Part shown: one piece after another, positions 10,169 through 20,004 of the stretch
How the letters are laid out: each line of letters begins with the position of its first letter
How positions within the stretch are numbered: the stretch's first letter is position 1
Assembly (NCBI GenBank): GCA_900088475.1
Contig: FLMG01001932.1
Location: forward strand, 1 to 48,198
From: Hyphochytrium catenoides
Taxonomy: Eukaryota; Protista; Hyphochytriomycota
DNA length: 48,198 nucleotides
Direction of reading: 5' to 3'
Program-made: the position numbers and the translations under genes
Notes under the pieces: generated by a model
Told to the model about the DNA's origin: nothing
What the model saw: only the letters and a program-made list of their open reading frames with translations
Databases searched by the model: none

Positions 10169-12409
10169 ATGGAGAAGAAGACGAATGAGGAAGCGGCGAC
10201 GAGTCCTGTTATTACAGACCGTAAACAGGAGACGAAGCAGGTCATTAAGGCAACGTTGGCAGTATGGAGTGGCGCAGCTTCATATGTATTGATGATGTTG
10301 GTTACCATGCCAATCTCAATCCATTTGATCGTCAACATGGCTGAAGGTTGCGACCCGGAGAAAGATGCGGCCTGTTTTGCGCCAACAGAATACAGTCAGT
10401 CAAAGCTGACAGTGGTATTGAGTGCTTTGCGTGTCTGCACATTTGTCATGGGTTGCTTCCTAGGAGCACTGTCGGACCGCATTGGGCGCAAGGCTCTAAT
10501 GTTTATGGCGCTTATGGGCTACGCACTGACTGGCATTCTCTATATGGTGGGTTGGTCCACCAAGAGTTTGGCTCTGTTTTTAATCGGTGGCATGATACTG
10601 GGGTCATTTTCCCCCATTACACCGACAGGAGTCTCATACGTCTCTGACATCTCCTCTCCGGACCGACTGGCGGGCAATCTGGGTATTCTTCAAGGAATCG
10701 GGTACTTTGTGGGCCTTCTATGCGGCGCTCTCTTCTCACTGGCTATCGGTGCGGCGACCACGAGCAAGACTCCCACCGTAGAAACGCCCCTGAGTGTACT
10801 CTATGACAATATGTTCTACGCGTCTTATGGTATTGGTTTCGCCCTGGCATTTGTCTTCGCAATCTTCGTTTGGCTGGCTGTTCCGGAGTCTTTACCGAAG
10901 ACCATGCGCAAAACTCTTTCAAATCAAGAGTTCTTCAAGCGCGCAAATCCTTTCCAGACAGTTCTGCTGTTTACTCGTTCCAAGTACATGTTCTGTTTGT
11001 GGCTCTCCGCATTCCTGGGCTACGTGAGCATCGGTGCAAGTGAGGCTGTCACAGGTGGTTGGTGGATGCGTCGCTACCTAGTCACCGATTTGGCTAGTTT
11101 CATCACCTTTCTAGTCTTCTTATGGCTGGTTTCTGGTATAGGATCAATCGTTATGACGAAGATTTACGTGCGATTTCTCGGCGTGAAGAAAGCTTGCCAT
11201 GTTTCTATGATCCTTACAATTGTGCTGGGAGTTGCTGTTTCTGTAGCTCGTAGCGTGACTGAGTCCTACATCGCGGCAGCTGTCAGCTTCTTTGCCTCCG
11301 CAGCAATTCCCACACTTACCGCTCTGTTAGTTCAGCAAGTTGACGTAACAGAGCGTGGAGCGCTGGGTGGAGCGCTACGAAGCTCAGAGGCCCTAGGAAA
11401 ATTCATTGGCATTGTCGTTTTTGGAGCTATGTTTGCAACGTACATTGCTCCATTTACTCCGGATGCAAGTTGTGTTCCACCTACGTACGGGCTTGCTGAC
11501 AAATCTAATACATGTCTTTGTGGCGTGAACACGTGCCCAATCGTTTTCAGCAACTCCAGCACCGTGTACCTGCCAAAGCCGTGCAGCCTGGGTGAGCTCA
11601 CCCCAACCTTTTATGGTGCTTACAGTCGATACGTTCCTTTCGTCCCACCGGCAGAAGAAACAAGACCTGTTGTTCCTCAGGTTTTCATCGAACAAAAGCT
11701 AGTGAAGAGAGACGAAACATGTATCGGGTCTGGAGGATCAAACGCTGGGGTCGGCTTTGTCAGTAAGCTCAATCGGGCATGGTGTGCTGCACCTAGTGTT
11801 CCTAGTGTCGGTCCGATGCTAAACGCGATATATGGTTGTCAAAAGTATGACATAGGCAATGCTGCGATATTGAAATGTCTGTCGGACCCCAGTTTGTACC
11901 CGCATGGCATGGCTTGCTACAAACAGACAGAAACAACCATTCTCTCCAAGTATGCTGCGGCTTCCAATGAGTCGGCAGCTCTTTCTCCCACCGGCCAGAA
12001 CACGCAAGACTGCTTAGCAAGAGCGACCAGCTGCAATATGACAATATTTAGGTCTTTTGTCACCAAATACGCAGCAACAGTTAATGTTAGCAGGACGCTG
12101 CTCATCACTTCCAGAGTGCTCAACACATCCTTCGTTGGAGACGGCCACTGCGCAGAAGATGGTACCGTCGAGTTTAACCTATGCTGGCGCGGACCGATCG
12201 CCTCCTTCCCTGGATTGATTCCATTCATCTATCTGGCCGTTATGGGGATTGCCTCATACTTGCTCTTCGTTATTGCCGAAGTATTCTTTTCTCACTCGGA
12301 AAAGAAGGTGTTGAAGGAAAACTCTGTTGCTGTTTCACCTGATAGTAAAGCAGATGCGGATGCGGGCAGCAATGCTGTGACGAGTATTAGCAAGAACCCT
12401 GCAAGTTGA
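10169..12409 (+). CDS. Major facilitator superfamily transporter (TetA/HIAT1-MFSD14-like) with a large Cys-rich loop; intronless, 746 aa
   Basis: Uninterrupted ORF with MFS motif A (GALSDRIGRK), YVSDISSPDRLAGNLG, the PESL motif after TM6 and ERGALGG after TM10. About 12 hydrophobic segments. Confidence 0.9.
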   Translation: MEKKTNEEAATSPVITDRKQETKQVIKATLAVWSGAASYVLMMLVTMPISIHLIVNMAEGCDPEKDAACFAPTEYSQSKLTVVLSALRVCTFVMGCFLGALSDRIGRKALMFMALMGYALTGILYMVGWSTKSLALFLIGGMILGSFSPITPTGVSYVSDISSPDRLAGNLGILQGIGYFVGLLCGALFSLAIGAATTSKTPTVETPLSVLYDNMFYASYGIGFALAFVFAIFVWLAVPESLPKTMRKTLSNQEFFKRANPFQTVLLFTRSKYMFCLWLSAFLGYVSIGASEAVTGGWWMRRYLVTDLASFITFLVFLWLVSGIGSIVMTKIYVRFLGVKKACHVSMILTIVLGVAVSVARSVTESYIAAAVSFFASAAIPTLTALLVQQVDVTERGALGGALRSSEALGKFIGIVVFGAMFATYIAPFTPDASCVPPTYGLADKSNTCLCGVNTCPIVFSNSSTVYLPKPCSLGELTPTFYGAYSRYVPFVPPAEETRPVVPQVFIEQKLVKRDETCIGSGGSNAGVGFVSKLNRAWCAAPSVPSVGPMLNAIYGCQKYDIGNAAILKCLSDPSLYPHGMACYKQTETTILSKYAAASNESAALSPTGQNTQDCLARATSCNMTIFRSFVTKYAATVNVSRTLLITSRVLNTSFVGDGHCAEDGTVEFNLCWRGPIASFPGLIPFIYLAVMGIASYLLFVIAEVFFSHSEKKVLKENSVAVSPDSKADADAGSNAVTSISKNPAS

Positions 12410-13825
12410 TAGCGAATCGAGGCGCAAGAAGAAGATGCTGAGATGCGCCTCAGAAAGAGGAGATGATGCTCTGGAGTCATTGAGCAGGGACTTCATTGAC
12501 TACTTACTGCATTAGAAGTATGTTAGATTCGTAACAGTGAGGAAAGAGGGTAATATATGCAAGTTACTGTATCATAAGAGACCGAGGCGGGTCTCGAGAG
12601 AGAGAATGAGAAGGTGCTCTGTCTGTACCTTGGCTGCCCAGGCCTCAGTTCAGACAAGCATCACGCAGGAAGACTTTGGGGGAACACGCGCAAGTAGCAA
12701 GGTGTCTTCTACTTCAGAAAGAAGTTAGTTAACTGCCATACCTAGGTGAGAAAGAGTCTCCCTCTCGAGAGTCAGTCTACCTGAGATATGCAAAGATAGA
12801 GTTCTAACATGCAAGAGAGGTGGGGTCAACAGGCTATCCTAAGAACATGCAAAGAAGAAGAGGGCAGAAAGGGAAAACGAAAAAGAGAGCATCCGTCGTC
12901 AGAGCCATTCATTGACTCTCCGAGTCAGGACTACTAGCCGTCCTGACAATAAATCTCAAAGAGGAGAGGCCGCATCCCATACACCGGCCCGATCTTTATC
13001 CAGCGAATCAGGTGGTTGGTTAGCAGTTACTATCCCTGCTTCTTGGTTGGCCGCGCCAGATTGGCTGACCTCATCACCGCCAGACCTTAGTTGCCCTACT
13101 ATACCTCCTCTTCTGGTGCTGGCTTGGCAAACTCATCCAATCCTGATACTGAGAATGATCTCTTCTCCCGCCCCTGCCGCGGTTAATAAGCCTTATTGAT
13201 GCTCAGGTCTGACCAGCGTTCTGCTGCTATCCCTCTAGACGTAAGTAGTACGGCAGCTTGCCCTTATTTTATGTGGGTGCCTGGGGAGCCTCTTCTCTAA
13301 GGCACGAGCTCCTCGCTCGCTCTGGACAGCGTGTGTGATGATCATCCTGTGAACCATCATTACTGCCAACCAATCTCACAACAAACATGATGTTCCTTGT
13401 GGTTCGTCCTTGTACTCCTCGGACATTGAGCATGAGAGTCCGTCCGACTGCTGCTCCAACAATTGGTATTGACAGTGGATGATGATGGTTCCAGCCGGTG
13501 CGAGAACGAACAACGTCGTTAACACAAACCCGTCCCGCCACCACATGACCACGGACCTACCAATGCTGCTATTATATGCGCCTCCTCAGAACGCAGCAGC
13601 TAGCCAATAAGTACTGAGTAGCGGCACAGACCGCATTGAGTCGAGCAGGAGAGGATAGTTCTATGTCAATCATGATGAAAGCAGAAGAGAACTGTACCAG
13701 AGTACGAGTACTAAGATCTTTCCTTCTTCCCAATCTAGTACTCTTCAGCATAGCCTGGAAGCAGGTACAGAGTAGATGCTGAAACCCTAACTAAATGTAC
13801 CGGTTTAGCTCCAAAGGCGGAAGCA

Positions 13826-14131
13826 CTAATTTTTTAAAAATAAACTAGTCCCCAAAATAGACAGAGTCAGCGTTTGCAGGGTATTATCTATAACATCTGT
13901 AGTGCTCGAGATGGTCAAGATTGGGTTGGCTGAAGGCGTGTAAGCGTAGATTTGGGGGGCCGGGGGGGAGGGGGGGCCAAAAATGCCCATAGTTAATGTT
14001 TCTAGGAGGCCAGATTCTAACATTTTGGGATTCTGGGGACTACGAAATTTATTTGGCGCATCCACCTTAGAGTTAGGTTGAAAACCCACTTTCACCTCCT
14101 GATTACCAACAGTGAGGGAATTAAAGACCAT
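13826..14131 (-). CDS. Orphan 101-aa ORF, function unknown (possibly a fragment)
   Basis: ATG-to-TAG ORF with protein-like composition in a locally AT-richer patch. No recognisable motif. Confidence 0.25.
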   Translation of the reverse strand: MVFNSLTVGNQEVKVGFQPNSKVDAPNKFRSPQNPKMLESGLLETLTMGIFGPPSPPAPQIYAYTPSANPILTISSTTDVIDNTLQTLTLSILGTSLFLKN

Positions 14132-14209
14132 GCTTTGAGCGGTCGAGGAATAAACTAAGGATTAGGCCGACATTGGTGCAAATGGACCCATCCTTCCGTT
14201 TAACATGAG

Positions 14210-14245
14210 GACCTTCACTCCTGGCTTCTACCCTGAGTGAAGGTC
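14210..14245. other. Perfect 11-bp inverted repeat with 14-nt spacer
   Basis: gaccttcactc (14210-14220) and gagtgaaggtc (14235-14245) are reverse complements. Confidence 0.85.
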
Positions 14246-14465
14246 ATCGCAGGAGGAACTTCCACAAAATTAGGTAAAGATCTCACTGATCTTCTTCTTT
14301 GTTGACGAAAGACGGAGAGCAGCCTCTGCTCATTTTTGAAGCTCAGAGCTCCCCAGAAGCGTAAAGCTGGCGAGCAGATGGATCAGCAACAGGAGTAAGA
14401 AGGAGAGCGGTCAGCTTGTATCATTGTTTAGTAAGGAGGTTGTCGCCGCGACTCTAAGAAGAAGG

Positions 14466-16406
14466 ATGGCAGCTGCTGGACGACAAGTTCTTCGCATTAA
14501 TAAGTCCACATGCAAGGTTGACTCTGTTCTGGTCTTCAGTGACCGGGCGGAGATCTGCAGAACCACTGAAAGGCTGACCCTACAGGCAGGGGAAGCGGAG
14601 GTGCTGATCACTGGCATCAGCCAGCACTTCGTTCCGGACTCAGTCCGCGTGGAGGGAAAGACGTTTAGCACCACAGCTAAAGAATCAGAAGCTGAAGGAG
14701 GTCAAGATGCTAAAAAAGAAGAAGAAGGCAAAGCCGGTGCTTCTTCTGTTTCTTCTTTCGCTGCCGGAGCTGTTACCATTCTTGCTGTATCCACCAGTTA
14801 CGAAGATTTGGCCAAGAAACGCACAGAAAAGATAAAGGCAGAGGAGGAAGATCTCACGAAACAGATCAAGAAGCACGAGAACGACATCAAAAAGCTCCAG
14901 CTAGAGAGGCGAAGACTCCAAAAGGACCTGGAGCTCCTAGACAGCCTCATTGGCGCCCTCATTCGCTCTGCTGGCGGGGGCTCAATGGGTGGAGATAATG
15001 GTGGAAGCTCTTCCTCTGGCTCTGCTTTCCTCGAAGCTCTCTCGGAAAGAGGCGTGACTGGCATCAGCAACCTCCTCTCGCTTTATCAGGCGAGAGGAAG
15101 AGCAATAGAAGAGGCAATGTACGACAACGAAAAAGAGACATCTCAGGTTCAGGATGAGATTACTCGTCTTTATCAGCTCATGAACACTATGATGTTGGCA
15201 GGGACGGAGGAGTGCAGCTATAACGTGCGTATCCACGTGGAATGCACTCAAGAACTGGATGCTGAGTTCAGTGTGTTCTACCTTGTCACGCAAGCGAGGT
15301 GGACACCTCTGTATGACCTCAGAGTCTTCTCTGACAGCAAGAGGCTGGATGTCGTGTACAAGGCGGAAGTGACCCAGAACTCTGGGGAAGACTGGGAAAA
15401 CGCACGTATCTCACTCTCCACTGCCCGTCCAGCAGTAGGAGGAGATCCACCCGAACTGGGAAGGTGGAAGATTGACATCTACAAGCCTCTCCCTTCCCCT
15501 GTCTCTTCTTCTTTCGGGGGTGCCCCGGCCTTCCTATCTATGGCGTCAGCCAGGGGAAAGAGTACCTCTGGACCACCGGGGGCGGCGGGAGGAGGTCTCT
15601 TTGGTACCAGTTCTGATAGCGCTCCTTACGGTGCTGCCCTTTCACTAATGGCGGATGAACGCAGAGAATATAGCGCTGCAACGGAGAGTTATGGCGCTAT
15701 AATGGCAGAGAGAGAGGCCACAACGCGGCAAGGCATTGCTAGCGCTGTCTTTGACATCCCGGGACTCACATCTGTACCCTCTGATAACTCTGCTCACACA
15801 GTCACAATTGCCACTCTCTCCCTAGAGGCAGACTTCTCTCGCATTGCAGTGCCTAAACTCCAACCTCAAGCCTATTTGAAGGCCGCAGTAACCAACACCT
15901 CACGGTTTATCTTTCTCCCTGGAGCTGCGAACGTCTTCTTGGATGGTTGCTTTATCTCTAAGACTCAATTTAAGGAGACAGTTAACGAGGGAGAGACTTT
16001 GACTGTCAATCTAGGGATTGACGAAGGCTTCAAGATCGTCTATAGGCCAGTAAAGAGGAAGGAGGAACAAGCTGGATCAATCCTCTCCGGAAAGTCCAGG
16101 ACCCACCGCTTTGAGCAAATCATCGAAGTGAAGAATGCCAAGAAAACCCAGGAAAAGATTACCATTGTTGACAGCATTCCGGAGACCTCCAGCGACAAAG
16201 TGAAGATTGCTCTTCTGGAGCCAGATGTTGACAAGGCGAAAGGGGAAGCCAAGACCCTACCAGGCGCCGTCAACTGCAATGTCGTCATCAACAAAGAAGG
16301 CCATGTGGAGTGGAACGCAGTGTTGGCTGGAGGAGCGGACTTGACGCTAAATCTACGCTTTACTGTGAGCTATCCCAATGACGAGCGGGTTACTGGCCTG
16401 CAATAG
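14466..16406 (+). CDS. DUF4140 + coiled coil + DUF4139 protein (mucoidy inhibitor MuiA / F37C4.5-like); intronless
   Basis: N-terminal VDSVLVFSDRAEICR...DSVRVEG (DUF4140), a coiled coil, then YLVTQARWTPLYDLRV, AEVTQNSGEDWENARISLSTARP, AVPKLQPQAYLKA and LPGAANVFLDG (DUF4139). First ATG at 14466. Confidence 0.9.
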   Translation: MAAAGRQVLRINKSTCKVDSVLVFSDRAEICRTTERLTLQAGEAEVLITGISQHFVPDSVRVEGKTFSTTAKESEAEGGQDAKKEEEGKAGASSVSSFAAGAVTILAVSTSYEDLAKKRTEKIKAEEEDLTKQIKKHENDIKKLQLERRRLQKDLELLDSLIGALIRSAGGGSMGGDNGGSSSSGSAFLEALSERGVTGISNLLSLYQARGRAIEEAMYDNEKETSQVQDEITRLYQLMNTMMLAGTEECSYNVRIHVECTQELDAEFSVFYLVTQARWTPLYDLRVFSDSKRLDVVYKAEVTQNSGEDWENARISLSTARPAVGGDPPELGRWKIDIYKPLPSPVSSSFGGAPAFLSMASARGKSTSGPPGAAGGGLFGTSSDSAPYGAALSLMADERREYSAATESYGAIMAEREATTRQGIASAVFDIPGLTSVPSDNSAHTVTIATLSLEADFSRIAVPKLQPQAYLKAAVTNTSRFIFLPGAANVFLDGCFISKTQFKETVNEGETLTVNLGIDEGFKIVYRPVKRKEEQAGSILSGKSRTHRFEQIIEVKNAKKTQEKITIVDSIPETSSDKVKIALLEPDVDKAKGEAKTLPGAVNCNVVINKEGHVEWNAVLAGGADLTLNLRFTVSYPNDERVTGLQ

Positions 16407-18839
16407 TTGTTATCAGATTGAGAAGGAAAGAGAATTGACCTGGGAGGAGGGACCACGCAATCGTCCTTCTTGCGCTTATCGATGTTTTTAGCACACTGGG
16501 TAGTGGTAGTTGACTTAGGATAATCAGATAAATGTAAAGACACGCCCGATGTCCAGTGAGTCCATATTACCCTCCCTTCCTGTCCGAGCATTATGCAGAC
16601 TGTCTACTCAATGCAATGAAGATGCCTAAGTTAAATCTCCTTTCTACAAAGGTCAGAGGGGTTTCAGCTAGCCCACTCCTCGTGCCGACTACTAGGCGTT
16701 TTCAAGACAAATAGCCTTCAAGGACGCTTCATTCTTCATGGGCTTTGGACGTGGTTCGTAAGTGGAGGACAGAGTAACGTTTAACGCTTGACTAGAAGAC
16801 ATCTTGTTTTAGATACAGTCTTTCTCTCTTTTCTCATTCAGATGTTCTCTAACGTAATGGACAAGGTGATCGAGAAGATGAGGCTGACCAGCGGTACCCG
16901 TACTAGAGATGAACAAAATTAGGTTTCATTATGTTCCGCTTAGCTAGCATCAAGGGCAGGGCTACACAGCCACTACATACTGCGGCCAGACGGTAGCCCT
17001 TTCCTTGATATTCCTCTTCAATGCTGAGGAGGTTGGCGGGGGCCGTCCTCAGGTTCAGAGTTGCTCGGAGCAATTAGGTTGACCTTCATAAGGAGGAGCG
17101 TGCTTGGTTTAAAGCTCATCTTCCTCATCCTCCTCATCTTCCCAGTCCTCCTCGTCCTCCTCATCCTCTTCGTCCTCGCAGCAGCGGTCACACTCGTCGT
17201 CGTCCCAGTGGGTGCGGTCGGTGTTGTCGTAGATGGTAGAGATCATCTTGATTGTTAGCTGGGTGCTAAGTAGCTTGCTAGAGGCTTCTTGGCTGTTGGC
17301 TGGTGGTTGCTTGAGTGTTGGCTGGAATATCGTAGAATGAGGATCCTTCTGCCACGACGGATACCACTTCTTCCCGTCAAAGGACTTACTGTGGGACGAG
17401 AAGAGTGAGGCGTAAAGAGGAGAGGGAGAGATGAGAGGTTGGCTGAAGGTAGACACGAGTGAAGAACAAGGGTCAAGCAGAAGAAGGAAAGAACGTACAA
17501 CAACAGAAAGAATGGGCTGCGAGATAGCAGAAGGTTGACAAGGGCAAAGGAAAGAGGACGGGGAAATATCTTTGCCCTTTTGCAGCTGCCTGCCCCTTCA
17601 TCTTGTCTGTGATGTCACACAGCTACTGTTCGCCCAGCCTTGTGGTCCCACGAGGAGAGACAGGCTTACTAGTGGGGAAAGCAGGATGATCTCCAAGGAA
17701 GCAAGATCCGCTGGACAGACGGAGAGGAAGATCGCGAGGAAAGTGAAAGATCAGCTAATCGGTAAGGTTACCAGTGCAGGTTCTAGGAACAGGGAGCCAT
17801 CATCGTGAAGTGTTTTTCTGATTTGTTTCCAATTGATAATACGTCCATTGGTACGCCTAGAGAGTGCGGTTTGCATTTGCTGACCTTCCTTCCTGCCCTT
17901 CTAAACTTCATTCTACATCGCTCTCTCTCACAAGCTGTCCAGTCATGCCTGCGGATAACCACCTTCTAACAGGGTGGTGCGCTTGCTAGGCTACAGATGA
18001 CACAGCTACAACTACGAGTAGGAAGAAAGAGAAAGATCGGCGAAGGAGAATCGGGAAGGAAGCAGAGGAGGAGGCGAAGAATGAGCATAGTCCGAAGAGG
18101 TGACGGAATGTCACCCTTCCCGGCATATCCGTTACTAGCTTATCACTACTGAGGCACAAGATTAAATCTGGCGCCTGCAAGCTCCAGCCGCCAAGTGCAA
18201 GAAGAAAACATGGCAGTAGTTCCATCCAGGACCATGCCACCGAGAAGGCGATGAGACGTGAGAGAGAGGAGGCAGATGAGACAAAGAGAGAGAGACACAC
18301 ACACAGAGAGAGAAAGAGACAGACAGAGCGAGTAGACTCTATTCCCCAAGAGAGCCTGTATGAGAGAGAGAATATATCACCCATGCGAATCTCTTCGTGG
18401 CGCATTCCCTGTGGTGCAAGACGGTTCAACTCCCTAACATTAGCCATGAGATCTTTCAGGCGTGAATCTTTGCCATCACAGGACTGCTATCAAGACTAAG
18501 ACGAGTCATCATCTCAGTCACCAATCAAAAGCCTTGAAGATCAGTTTAAACCAACCAGAAGGCAGAGTCTCTGAAATCAGCCAATAGAAGCCTGAGAAAG
18601 TCTTAGACCGCTGTTTGACTAGGTGCGCCATTGGCCAAGATCTTCCTTCTTGCATGTTACACATTTTTAGGCAATTAGCTCATAGATTCCCATACACTTT
18701 ATGTTCAGGTCTTCTGGGCGATTTCTCGAGGTGTGACGTGATCCAGGTGGATGAATCTGTATCTTTGGCGGAAGAAGTTAGTGCAAGTGTAAGTCAGATG
18801 GAGGAGTAACGACTGTGCCCTTTCATCGCTGACACTTTG

Positions 18840-19028
18840 TTCTCTTTCTCTTTCTCTCTCTCTAACTCTCTCTCTCTCCCCTCTCTCTCTCTCCTCTCTC
18901 TCCCCTCCACTCCCCTTCTCTCTCTCTTTCTCTCTCTCTCTCCCTCTCGCTCTCGCTCTCTCTCTCACCGTCCCCCCTGCTCTCTTTCTCTCTCTCTCTT
19001 CCTCTCTCCTCTCTCTCCCCTCCACTCC

Positions 19029-19066
<38 letters not shown>
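18840..19066. repeat. Imperfect (CT)n polypyrimidine tract
   Basis: Directly visible. Confidence 0.9.
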
Positions 19067-19070
<4 letters not shown>

Positions 19071-20004
19071 TTAACTCCCTCTCTCGTGTGCGTCTTTGTA
19101 TCTTGGCCTATGCTCTCTTTCTCTCCTACGAGCTCTTTCTTCTACGACACAACTCCAGTCCTCCTCACGCGCCTGCCTCTCTCTCTCTCCCTCCCAATCT
19201 TTCTCGTCTATCTCATAAGAGAATAAACCTCTCCACTCCTGGTCTTATTGACTCCCTCTAGTGATGAGGACTTGCCAACTCTGTCGCTTCGTTACTCGTC
19301 CTACAGTTTCTGAGACGTCAGTGTTCTTCGTGTGTGGCTGGCACTTTCTGCGCAAGCTCATTACTGGGCGGGAAGAACTTGGAAGCTTTCCAAGCAGGAC
19401 ATTCTTCGAGTCTCTTTCCCTTCCCGGACCGCACCTAGCTCAACCTCTTAGAACTGATGACCGAGAACCTCAGGATTCTATGAGTTGTTGTCCCGTTCCC
19501 TTCCAGAAGTCTTCTCTTTAATGAAACTCTGTCTTCTGGCCTTCAGGTGGGAGTGAATGCTGCGAAACAGAGACAGGAAAAGGTGTATAAGAAGTGTAAG
19601 ATTCAACGGATACAAAGAGACAAAAAATCTGAGGAGAAGACGGGCCAGAGGAAAGATGGAAACGTCTTGATAGAGAGACAGAAAAGTAATCTGAGGATCC
19701 TGCTGATAGCGAGTCTGTTAGAGAAGACAAAGTTTGGGAGAGAGCAGATCCTCAAGTGCTGGTTCACTTTCTGTGAACCCTGTCGCTCTGCGGGGTAGTG
19801 CTATAGTAGCCTCTCCCTTAGGATCAAGACGCTTATAGACACCTACAGGCTACAGGCAAGAGGCTTATATAGCGCATGAATGCGATGCTGTAGGCAATGA
19901 AACCTCTCTTTTGATGCTCTTATAGATAATCTTTCATCCTAACAATAGCTAGTAACATTGTCACAGACTATACAAGTCGCTGGGATCTCCCCCTTCCTGC
20001 CATA

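Noticed and set aside
13781-13795. Telomere-like aaaccctaa
   Set aside because: Single copy, expected by chance.
10348-16294. Antisense and alternate-frame ORFs within the MFS and DUF4139 genes
   Set aside because: Shadow ORFs with no motifs.
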